From NCBI GenBank assembly GCA_004022145.1, contig RCNU01000004.1: a DNA stretch of 64,000 nucleotides; one strand, given 5' to 3'. A program made the position numbers and the translations under genes. This stretch comes from Paecilomyces variotii (lineage: Eukaryota). Positions 40,901-52,379 of the stretch are shown in pieces (position 1 is the first letter of the stretch; each line of letters opens with the position of its first letter). The notes under the pieces were generated by a model, which was not told the DNA's origin, did not search any database, and saw only the letters and a program-made list of their open reading frames with translations.

Positions 40901-42252
40901 CGAAACTCAAGATTCGTGCGTCGTGGCTGTCATGTCGCTTATGATTATATTAACCTTGGATTCGTCCTCTCGATATCCCTACGCATGCCTTGCGATCTTT
41001 GCACGCTGTTGATCCGGGTATAATTCACGCCAGCGTTTGGATCTTGGCCCAAAATACAATCACTAGATGCCCCCCGTCGAAGAGTCTGGATGCCATGCTA
41101 CTCTTCCCTCCTGCGATATGTACTTATAAGTTATCCAGGGGGTTGATCTGCTTCTACTTGTACCTGTTCCATTCCACTATTTTATTCTTTGTAAGCGGAA
41201 GGGAAAAAATACAAGTATTCTTGTTCTTCTTACGGATTTCTATGTCCGGGTTACTAATGATCTAAATATGATTCTGATTCTGCATTGCAATTCAAAATAA
41301 CTCATAAGACTTGTGACTTCCTCTCGTATTTCTTCTGTAGGGCGTATACAGATATCCAAACGTGAACTATGAAGCTGATAAATCGTCCTAGATCTGAGAC
41401 CGTACGTAGTAACAGTAGTAGTATTGATTAGACCTCCCATATGGTATAGGATATGCGAAGCTATGGAACTATGTATATAAATGCAACCTTGGAGAACACT
41501 TCAAGCAAAAGCTAGGATGTTGACGAGTTGATTGTGTCTGGCACGACCTGTACGCGAACTCGGAGTGTGCTGTATAGGAGAAAAAGGCCCCCTAAAGGGC
41601 TGATATGACTTTATTCTTTTGCTCTTTTTTGTTTCGTTGGTAGATAATTTCGAGCTGGCAACAGGGTTCGAACCTGTGTCCCCTACTATCTTTCTTTCCG
41701 TACTATATAGGGAGAGACCAGAGCATGACGATCTACAAGATCTATGAGAAGCCTCGACCTTGATTAGCTGATAAGAATATGAGAGTATGGGGCAAAGCCA
41801 GGCGGAAACGTGCAGAGATAGCATGCTATGACGAGGTGGTAGATGGTTCATCCTCGAGCTACAGTCCCTTGTACATACATATATATTGGACAAGTGCAGG
41901 AGCTATTGACGTTTTCGGACTTTTTGCACATCTTGCTGAAAGATCCGTGAAAATGGAAGAGTGAAATTAAGCTTTAATGTCGATTTCAGTAGTACAGTCC
42001 CTCGAAGAAACTTATTGATATAGCATAAAATGCGGTGCATCTATGAAGTAGACGCAGTGGACGTTGGCCCGCTCCGCACTTGACCCACCAAAAGCTGTTG
42101 GAGTTCCGCACAGAAAGGCCAGACTAGCTCTCCGCGAACACACCCCTCCGCAGTTCGACAATTATTGCTCTGTCTCCCTGTTCCACAAACACCCCAGACA
42201 GTGAGCTGTCGACATTCCATAACTGCCCAGTCACAGGAGCATACAGCCCGCC

Positions 42253-43109
42253 ATGTCGCACGCGCGCGTAGAGGAAGTCTCTGACTCCGACCCCGAAGAG
42301 GTCGCCCCGTCCGAATTCAACCAAGCACAGTTTGCCAAAGAGTCCATCATCTCCCCTTCCATAGTTCCTGGTCCTGGGGCTGGAATCAGACCGAGCGAAG
42401 CTCGACGTGAAATCCCGAAACACTTCCAATGTCTGTATCCAGTCTACTTTGACAAGACGAGGTCGCGCGCAGAAGGACGCAAAGTTGGCAGTGAGCTTGC
42501 GGTGGAGAATCCACTCGCGAGGGATATTCTGGATGCGGTGCAGATGCTGGGCTTGAGAGTTGGTTTTGAACCGGAAAAGCTGCATCCCAAGGATTGGGCC
42601 AATCCTGGAAGAGTGAGGGTTATGCTGAAGAACGAAGATGGGACACCTGCGAACCCCAAGGTTAAGAACAGTACGTTTATCATCTCTTTTGCCTTTTTTG
42701 AGCTGAGATTGGTATACGTAGTTCGTGTTATGTTTATCTGACTCTGGCTACAGAACATCACCTCTACATTCTCGTCGCGCAGTACCTGAAGGCCCACCCC
42801 ACGACAGAACAGTCGCCTTACCGGCTGAGAATACAAGGACTTCCTATGCCAGAGAAACTGCCGCCACCTCCTCCAGCTCCTCGAGGTTGGAAGATTGGCA
42901 AGATCCTTCCCATTCATTCGCCAGCGTACTCTGGTGGCGGTGTCAGCGACAATCCGTTCAAAGAAGCCATGGCGGAGATGCAAAACATGCAAGGCATGCC
43001 CGGTTTCCCTGGGATGCCCGAGATCCCCGGCATGGCCGGATTTGGGGAGCCTGCCGGTGCTAGTGGCGCTGAGAAGAAAAAGAAAGATAAGAAGAAGTCG
43101 AAGGCATGA
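42253..43109 (+). CDS. SEC65: Signal recognition particle subunit Sec65/SRP19; intron about 42672-42753
   Basis: [56 protein letters not shown] and a basic C-terminal KKKKDKKK tail. Confidence 0.95.
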
Positions 43110-44141
43110 GTCCGGCCGAGCTTGGTCATGGTTTGTTTCTTTGGCTTTGTCTGCATTGCATGGCGACTGGCGTTTATCTCTTTTCGTCCGGGAGGATACA
43201 CAGTGTGACGCGTATAAACATGGGTCGATGCTGGGAATCAAAAGATATTATATTGTTGTGAGAGTGATAAAAGGATGACTGCTGATTCTCTGCTGCGGTG
43301 GAAAATATTCTCTCCATGCTGAGTGGCTGAACTTGCTTTCTTTGCATATCTACTGGAGCCCATGCTCCGCAAATCTGGCGAAGCATTTAACCACAACTCT
43401 AAAGAAGAGGGACTATCTATCGTGTTAGACTCCGCGATATACTACTGTCCCTGTGGCGAGGTGGAGTGTACTCCGATGCGGTGCTTATACTAGCACTGGC
43501 GTCGCGTGCTATGGTTAAATACCACTCTTGAGAAAGTGTGAAATCTATATCTGAATCTGTAAAGGCGATTGCTAGTAGTATAAAGGCGGCTATTTCACGA
43601 TACCTATCCCAGAGACTCCCTTCTAACTTGAGAGACGAGAAGAGGAGACCACAGGCCAAGTAATAACTCACTGCAGGATGCGCGTTACCTGACCTGCGCA
43701 TTATTACCATCGCCTAATGCAAGTTGGGCGCCCAACTCCTCTATAGAACGCGCTTTAGACTGTTTCGTGCAAAAGCCTGTCGTTTCCAATAGGCCGGACA
43801 TTGTAGGCGGGATGGAGAGTTGCTCTAGTGCGAGTACAGAGGCGGGAACCAATCGTCATCGTCTCCGATAAGCCGATTTTGGCCTCCCTCGATACCCCAG
43901 ACTCTCGTTCGGATTGCCATTGCCGAACTACCGTTTTAGCAGTCAGCAAAGAGAGACTCTGTGCCCCCCGTGTTTGCGACTCGTCGCATCTCTGATCGAT
44001 CATCGCTCGCATAGATGTGTATCGCGGTCGCTATATGCGCTACTCCCATGTCGCAGTGATCTCCGGACGAGCGCAGAATAGGGTGGAGAATCTGCTTCGA
44101 CTGCTGTGGCATGAAAACCCCGCCGCGCTCATCGAGGCAGG

Positions 44142-47100
44142 ATGATTCCCAGTCCGACGAATAGTCGCGTGGATTATGGCCTTCCTCCGCAAGTGTCGAA
44201 TACACCGTTTGCATTCGATATCGCTTCGTCAAGTATGAGTCCTCAGCCAGTTCCGAGGCAGTCCTCGGGTAGAGGGGCTCTTACGGGAGGGCGTCATATT
44301 ACTCGGAATCGCGCGAGCTACAGCTGCCACACCTGTCGGAGGCGGAAAGTGAAGTGCGACAAGGTAGGTGGTGCTGATATCTCTTTCGGATCTGGACTGG
44401 TTATAGCTGATACTTGAATTGGCGCGTTCCAGGTTCACCCGGTTTGCGGAAACTGTGTGAAGAACGGAACGGAGTGCGTTTATGATGCGGTACCTAGGAG
44501 GGACACAACTACAAGCAGCCATGGCCCAGATGCGAGCGTCCATGGCGTTAAGAGGAGGAGAGAGACGTCAAGACCTCTGGACGGGGACGGGGAGGGGTTG
44601 CAGTCACCGCACAACAATGCCAGGGACGGGCGCAACGGTGGTTCTCAAGAACAGAGGAATGCAATTGAAGCGCGGTTAGACAAGCTCACCTCCATGATTG
44701 AGAGGCTGAGCAGGACAAAGGGACCCCCTTCTTTGGAAGAGGTAGACAGGCAGCTACGAGCGGAAAACCCGGAGCTGGAGTCAATGAGGGAACACCGACA
44801 GAACTTGCTCAGAGCGCAGGCGGGCGTAGTGGACGGACAGGGCATGAGGTCGTCTGCTGAATCTCGTCAGGCGAGTCCGCGACGCAATGCAGAATTTAGC
44901 GGCGATGAGTTCCCTATCCCATCAGGGCAAGCTACGGACCTTGTCGACCCTGTTGGTAGCCTGAACCTAGGTCACCTGAGCTTGGAAGACGGAGGGAAGT
45001 CGAGGTAAGTTTGATTATAGTCGCTATCGTCATTTTTTTTTTGGTTCGATGACAAGTTGTCTGACGGGTAATAGATACGTGGGCACCACTTACTGGGCTT
45101 ACATATCGGAAGAGGTATGTTATTTCGTCTATTCTGTTTGCCAGGAAGTTGCTGACCGTGGGTGTAGATCAACGAACTCAACCAGCTGCTGAGAGATCAG
45201 AACCGTTCTCATGATATTTCGCCCCCGGACGAAAGTTCTAACGATAGTGTAATGGCAGATTCGGCCCCAAGAGTGGACAAGACAGTACCCGCAGAAAGAT
45301 CTTCCCGGGCCAGGCGGCGGTCATACAACTATGATGATAACTTCCACAAATCGGTTCTGTTTCCTTCGGGCGATTCTCCTTCCGTGCACGACAAGGTCGT
45401 CGATCATAAGATGCTTAACAACGTACCAACGAGGCGACAGAGCCATATTCTGTACAAAGGGTTTATGTCTGGCGTTCACGCCATCAGTCCTGTCTTACAT
45501 CCCCCGACGGTTTTGAAAATGTACAACGACTTTTGGCGTTGGTATGATTACAGCAGTCACTCTGGAGAGCCTTGTCCGGACCCGTCTTTTATTCCTCTGC
45601 TTTACGCCATCTGGTATGGCGGTTCAGTGACGGTATCGATACGAACGATCAAGTCGGAATTCAATGTGGATTCCCGCTCGGCTCTATCAACAACGTACAG
45701 CGACGAGGTGACTCGCTGGTTGTCGAAAATATCGTTTCCAAGAAGCCCCTCATTGAGAGGGCTTGCTGCATTTCTTCTTGTTCAGACCATTCTCTCCAAA
45801 GAGGAGGAGCCTCTGACCAGCAGTTTGTTCATCAGTCTTGCCCTACGGGTGGCGCAAACAATGGGTCTGCATCGAGATCCTGCTCAGTTTGGGATTGCGT
45901 CCGCGGAAGCCGAGACTCGACGTCGAGTATGGTGGCACATTGTACATATGGATGGTGTCGTCGCCATGTCCAGTGGATTGCCGCCATTGGTCAGCGACGA
46001 GAATTACTGGGACGTGGGCGAGACGAGCGAAGTGAAAGACACCTTGCTGGGGACACCAGAGGCTGATCAGTATGAGCGCTTGGTTGCCGCAAACCTGCGC
46101 CCACGGGACAATCCAGACGATCCCACTGTTTGCGGGGGGCCATCTATGGTGAACGTCTACTATCTCTCTGCCAGGGGGAAGTACATCATGGCTCGTGCGT
46201 TAATCCCACTCTCTCTTATGGATATCATCGACTGACTAGGGAGACAGGTGCCGTACGTCGGATACTGAAAATTCAACTGGGAACCAGACCGGTCACTCGG
46301 AAAGATATGGAAGACTTGAGAGAAATTCTCTCAGAACTGCAACTAAATCTCAATTCAATAATAAATCGCATACCAGAAGCTCAGCGGCCCGCTATGCTGA
46401 ACAGTGACGGCAGTGCTGTATCCCCGTCGCTGTCATCTCATTCCACCCCGGTCGAAGTCCGAACGAGCGACACTCAGCTGCCAGCAGACGGTCCGTCAAG
46501 TTGTCCTGAGCAATATCACTCACCGGTGCTTACCGCATTTCACAAATGGGCTCGCATACTTCTATCTTTGTTTATCGATAAAGTAAGATGCCTGTTGATG
46601 CAGTTGCTGAGCTTCTACTGAACATTTCCCCACAGGCATTTTGTGTTGCGTATCAGCCTTTCCTGAAGAACGCCAAGAGTAGGATCTGGCCGGCTGCGAG
46701 ACAAGGGTACGTTTGAAGTCTTTGATAGCACTTGTTGTGGGCTGAGCTGACTCTCGCAGCGCGCTGCGCCATTGCCATGGTTTCATGGAGAAGTTTATTC
46801 TTCTTGCTACAGACCCCGACTTTCAGCCTTTCCAATGGAGTTGGCCTGGGTAAAGTTATCTCCTACTGATTGCTTTGACGATGAATTCTGACGTGTGTAA
46901 CAGAAACCATCAGCCCATGCATGCTACCATGTACGTCGAAGCCATTTCCTTGTTACGTATATTCAACGCCAACTGACCCTTTATAAGGATAATGCTTATC
47001 GACCTCTACGAACGACCCAACAGTTCAGAAGCCCCTAAATCCCGGGCCTTCATCGACAAGATCTTCTCCATCTCAGGACCCGACGGGGGCGTTGTCGGAG

Positions 47101-48005
47101 GCGAAGATGGAATCACGACCCACAGGCCTCTCAAGGATGGCGGTCGTGAAGCCTGGGATATGATGCGTCGACTTCGCGAGAAAGCCTGGCAAAAAGCAGG
47201 CCTTGATCCTCACCAGCTCTGGACAGAACAGGCTCAGATCCAGGCCGGTGTGGCTCGTGACGGAAATAACACAGTCATGACAGACGCCCCGATGACAAGC
47301 AATGCCCAGCCTGTCGAGCCGCCTATAGATAACCTGAGACCCGTCATCGTCGACAGACAGCTTTCGGATTTCTCCCGACGATTCTTCGACATGACACGAG
47401 CCCATATGCTCCCCAAGCCCACGGTATCACTCCAACCACCACCTCGAAGCTCATACAAACTCCCAGTTCCAACTCCCACTTCCGTCCCGCGCACTCCACA
47501 ACCAGCCTCTCAACAACCGCCCCCTCCTTCCATCCAGCAATTCTCCGTCCCCCACGCCGTCCTCAATCCCCGTCTCGATTCCACCCTCGCCAGCTCCGCC
47601 GTCTCCCCCCCAGAAAGCATGACCGCCACACATCCAACCGGTCCTCTAAACCAACTCGCCAACGCACCCGCATCCTCCACTACCTCCTTCATGGACACAA
47701 CCGCCATCACAAACCCGCCCCTGAACATGACCATGACCACCACCGGCCCCTCCACGCCACCGTCCATGATGGACCCGAACCTCAACTTCGACTGGGACCA
47801 ATGGGACGCTGTTTTCGGCCAACACCTACCTGTCGCAGACGAGTTTATGGAACTTGACCCCGTGGCGGGGTTCGGGTTTCCTGATCTCGGCGGCGGCGGT
47901 GGTGGTGATGCTAATGGTCCTATAAGTAACCAGAACCCAGCGAGCGGGAACGGAAGTGATGCGGGGATGATGGGCGCGATGGGATCTTGGGGCAATTTTG
48001 GTTAA
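44142..48005 (+). CDS. Zn(II)2Cys6 transcription factor with fungal-specific TF domain, about 9 exons including micro-exons
   Basis: SCHTCRRRKVKCDK/VHPVCGNCVKNGTECVY, RLDKLTSMIERL, SRYVGTTYWA and AQTMGLHRDP...ETRRRVWWHIVHMD, plus an acidic C-terminal activation region (NFDWDQWDAVF). Introns are near 44364-44432, 45005-45074, 45114-45168, 46195-46248, 46583-46635, 46707-46759, 46850-46903 and 46931-46987. Confidence 0.87.
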
Positions 48006-48579
48006 TGGTGGGAGTTTTTTTTTTCTTTGCTTAAATGAAGTATTGTAATACCATATTTTGTATATATTTTATCTTTTTTTTGGATGACCCTTATCATCTG
48101 GACAGCGATAGTTAGCGTTTCTGCACAAAGTGTACGTAGTAGCATTATTCCCTATAGCCAAGTACATACCCACGGCATGATATCTGGGCGGGAAACTCGT
48201 GGATATACTGAATGGTCGTTTCTAGAGATATATGATGTGGAAATAGTCAAGACATGTATTTCGTATTTTTCGCAGTTGAGGGCAGTTAGGAAAACTACAT
48301 ATTGGTCTACTGAGAAACGAGGACATGTGTCATGCACAATGCAGTGGTTTCTATTCAAGAGGCCCAAGCTGAAAGACCAAGGCATGGGCAGCAGGACAGG
48401 ACATAGACAACAATAGATTCGTGAAGCATGATATAATATTGGAAGACTCTGGAGGCGTAAGGACTGGGGGCGGAGAAATTAAGATATATGCCCCAGTAGC
48501 CGGCTCACATCCCACAGTCCCAAACCAGTAACTTTTTTTCCCTTTTCTTTTATTCGTTATGGCTGGAGATCTGCCGCAT

Positions 48580-49413
48580 CTAGACCTTGTACTCGGTGAG
48601 ACCGTGCTTCCAGAGGGTGGCGTAGGGGGTGACACCGTCCTCACGGAAGTCAATCAGGACGTGCCTGTTTGATAATAAAGTCAGTGAAACGTCCCAAATG
48701 TGCAAACGATTGCGGATAAATGCGGGGTCGACATACATAGCACTACCGTCCATAGAGGAGCCCATCAGGACATCGTAGTTGTCGTAGTTGGCAAGGATCT
48801 TCTTCATGGCACCGGCAGCACCGCTCTGGAACTGCTTGATGGTCTCCTCGGAGGCACCGTTCTCCTTGAGCTTGTTGTTGACCTTCTTGATGTAGGCTAA
48901 AGTCACACAATGTCAGTACTATATCCCATGCGATTCTGCCAACGAAAACAGGATAAGGACGTACACTTCAGGTGAGACTTGTAGTCGTCCTTGGAGGGCT
49001 TCATGCCCTCCTCGGTCTTGAGCCAGACGAGACGGAACTGGTCCTCGATGTCGTGGACCATGACCTGCTCGCCCTCACCACCGGCATCCTCCTCCTCGTC
49101 CTCAGCAGAGGGGTTGGCACCCTCGAGCTCGAAGTTCTCGTTCTTGTTCTTGGTGTACTTGCGGCAGTCAGCCTCCCAGAGGACACCGTCGACCTCGTTG
49201 ATCTTGAAGGTGTCGGCGAGAAGCTCGTCACCGGAGATGATGTCCTAGATCAAGAGAAGAAGAGTCAGCCTTGGCCCGTTGAGATACACCGCTTATTTTT
49301 TATTTTTCTTATTTTTGTTTTGTTTTTTTGCCCGACAAGGATCCGCAGGGTACTTGACAGAGTCGAGAAGCAACCCCGTAACAGGGAAAGGTACTCACCT
49401 TGTAGATAATCAT
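48580..49413 (-). CDS. TMA19: Translationally controlled tumour protein (TCTP) homolog, 4 exons
   Basis: MIIYK/DIISGDELLADTF...EGANPSAEDEEED...VHDIEDQFRL and MGSSMDGSAM/HVLIDFREDGVTPYATLWKHGLTEYKV*. Confidence 0.96.
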
Positions 49414-50551
49414 TTTGGCGGATGTGTGATAAGAGAAAGAGAGGGTCTCGGGTCGATGTCCGGAAGCTGCTGAGGAGAAAAGAAGAGAGAAACAAGCCGG
49501 TACTGGACGAAGAGGGGAAATTTGAAGTTTTATCGCGACCGTCGCCAACTTTGGTGGGGTTCGAGGGGGGCAAAGAGCGCTAGTCCGTTTTGGGCATCAG
49601 ACTCGTCTGGCCTCAAAAAGGGACGAAGAAGAAGTGGCGAGTGGCATGTTGGTTGGCAAATTGGGATGAGGACAGCAAGCTGGAGATTATTATCATTATA
49701 TTATTCTTAGTTGGTATCTCTGCTTCTGGTTCTGGACGACTTTATTCCACTTTACTCTAGAGGACTCCTCCTGTGGCTGTGTGTTTCCGTAGATCTACGA
49801 CTCCGATCGCAGTGCCAGCCGGCATCGGATTCCAGAGAAAAGGGGCAGAATTCATAATATTAATAATTAGTTAATTAGTTAATTTATTACTCTGTACGGA
49901 ATAATTAGTTAGCATTAGTTAACTAGATCGATCCATCAAATAGTAGTACAGAATAACTAAGTGCGGAGGAACCAGTTCCCGCATGCCGCCACGCAGAATC
50001 GCCGTTCCGGGAAAGTCTACATACTTTTTTCCTCAGGGTGGCCAACTTCTTGCAATATTAATCTTCTGATCGTGATCATTATCATTATTGGTGAGAATAT
50101 CAATCCGTGTCAGTCTGGGCGCTCCCGTGGCCAACTACTTAATAGTCAATGACAGCGGCTCGTTTGCGCCTGCTGCTAACTACCTACCCGTGTTGCCGGG
50201 TCTCAAGCCGCCAGACTCCGTGATTTCTCTCGTCTTAAACCAATCTTCATCTCGATCCTTCCTATCGCTCTTTTCATCAGCAACCCTTTTTCTCATCGAG
50301 CATCTGCTCTTCACGCGATATCCTATTTAATTCTGGTCGACAGTCGATTGCGTTTTGTCTCCCGTCGCGTCGGCCTTTCCGTTCCCTATCCTTGCTCTCG
50401 GTGTATTTTTATCGTCTCATCCTGAACTGCGCATCCAGCCACTTGTCGTCCTAAGACCAATGCCCTCCTGGTTGTCATAATTCATCTAGTTTCGAGCGAT
50501 TCTGCGACCGATTTGTATCGTTCGATGACAAGTCCTGTCGCGTCCTTCGAG

Positions 50552-51910
50552 ATGGCGTCCAACACATCGCTACCACTGGAGCTACCTCCCCTCCCGGCAT
50601 ATACCTTGACTCCTCGCCCTCCGCTGTTTGCTCCGATCCCCGATAACATTGTGGCTCTGATGCTGCCCATCATCGCCTACTGGGCCGTTTCCATGATTTT
50701 CCACATCATCGATATCTACGACCTCTTCCCACAGTACCGTCTCCACACGCCGGCAGAGCTCCTTAAACGCAACCATGTGACTCGCTGGGACGTCGTCAGA
50801 GACGTCGTCCTGCAGCAGGTCATTCAGACAATCGCCGGCCTGATCCTTGCACAGTTTGATGATATTGAATATACCGGCAGGGAGGACTACGATGTCGCCG
50901 TCTGGGCACGGCGCATCAGGATGATGCAGAGAACGCTTCCTGGTCTGCTGGGGCTCCTTGGTCTCGACTCCGCTGGCCTGGCCAAGAATCTATCGGGGCA
51001 TCCCATGCTTGCCGGAGCTTTGTCGGGCGGCAGATATCCTTCGCTCGTGCAAAAGGTTATCATGGATAACGGTGCGGAGGTGATTGCTCCTGCTTTCGCG
51101 GGTTGGGAATTGGCAGTGGCCAGTTTCATCTACTACTATCTCATCCCTGCGTTCCAGTTTGTCTGGGCTATTTCCGTAGTGGATACTTGGCAGTATTTCT
51201 GGCACCGTGCAATGCACCTGAATCGATGGCTCTATGGTATGTATTCATCTATAACCGCGCGCTATCTCGACGTTGATTCTAATGAATATACAGTGATGTT
51301 TCATTCCCGCCATCATCGCCTCTATGTCCCGTATGCGTTCGGAGCTCTGTACAACCATCCGGTGGAAGGATTCCTGCTTGACACGGCTGGGACGGGTGTT
51401 GCATTCCTGACATCGATGATGACCCACCGTCAGAGCATGTGGTTCTTTACTCTTTCAACCATCAAAACCGTGGACGACCACTGTGGCTATGCATTCCCGT
51501 GGGATCCATTGCAGCATCTCACGTCGAACAATGCGGCCTACCACGACATCCACCACCAGAGCTGGGGCATTAAGACGAATTTCTCTCAGCCTTTCTTTAT
51601 CGTCTGGGACCGACTGATGGGTACTCAGTGGAAGGGCGATGTGAGCTTGCGCTACGAGAGAGCGAGAGTGGCGGCCCAGAAGCAGGTTGATGCTGAGCGC
51701 TCCCAAACTGCGACAGAAGAGAGCAAGGGCGAGACCTCATCCGTTACTACGCCGGCCAGTGCTAGAAGAAATGGCAGCATTACTGTTTCTGCGGAAGAGG
51801 CGGATGATCTGAAGGCACGGACCATCCTTCGAAAGAAGACAGTTGCCCTCCAAGCTGATGGGGGAAACTCCCCCAGCCATCGACTGACAAGGGGCATCAT
51901 CCAGAATTAG
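50552..51910 (+). CDS. SUR2: Sphingolipid (sphinganine) C4-hydroxylase; one 57-nt intron at 51237-51293; alternative start at 50525
   Basis: Fatty-acid-hydroxylase His boxes HRAMH, HSRHH, DDHCG and YHDIHH, plus LYVPYAFGALYNHPVEG, GYAFPWDPLQ and GIKTNFSQPFF. Confidence 0.93.
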   Translation: MASNTSLPLELPPLPAYTLTPRPPLFAPIPDNIVALMLPIIAYWAVSMIFHIIDIYDLFPQYRLHTPAELLKRNHVTRWDVVRDVVLQQVIQTIAGLILAQFDDIEYTGREDYDVAVWARRIRMMQRTLPGLLGLLGLDSAGLAKNLSGHPMLAGALSGGRYPSLVQKVIMDNGAEVIAPAFAGWELAVASFIYYYLIPAFQFVWAISVVDTWQYFWHRAMHLNRWLYGMYSSITARYLDVDSNEYTVMFHSRHHRLYVPYAFGALYNHPVEGFLLDTAGTGVAFLTSMMTHRQSMWFFTLSTIKTVDDHCGYAFPWDPLQHLTSNNAAYHDIHHQSWGIKTNFSQPFFIVWDRLMGTQWKGDVSLRYERARVAAQKQVDAERSQTATEESKGETSSVTTPASARRNGSITVSAEEADDLKARTILRKKTVALQADGGNSPSHRLTRGIIQN

Positions 51911-52379
51911 TGTTCTGGTTCATACTAATGTCGCCGACGAGGTCATGTTTTCATTCTCCTTCCCCTACCTTTCTTTTCAGACCTTCAAATTCCCCTCTTT
52001 CAGGAGTTTTTAGGATGCTCGCATTGGGACAGCAGGACTGTGACTTTATTTGTACATCAATTGTGGATAAGTCCTAATTAGTCCCGGCCAATGGTCTGTT
52101 CCTTTCGGTCTACAGTTGTTTCCCACTCCGTACTCCACGGTCTTGTCTGGGTTATTTGCACAGAGGTATAGGTTCTTGGTGTTAAGGACGGGACGCGTTT
52201 CGATTGTGGCAGACTGCTCGTTTGCAAATAGAATTCGACAACATTTTACATATGCAACTGTATATTTTGCAGTCTTACTATGAAGGGGCAAGGATGCCCC
52301 GTGCAGAGTACATAATAACTAATTATCAAAGAGTGGTTCTGCCATAATATCAATGTTTGAACTTCAATCTGCGTCCTAT

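Noticed and set aside
42444..43241. 265-aa minus-strand ORF over SEC65
   Set aside because: Antisense to a conserved gene, with no domain features.
46931..46987. AAG 3' splice site and micro-exons in the second Zn2Cys6 TF as a possible nested (stwintron) arrangement
   Set aside because: Ordinary sequential GT-AG splicing already gives a continuous frame (NHQPMHATMIMLIDLYERP), so no nested intron is needed.
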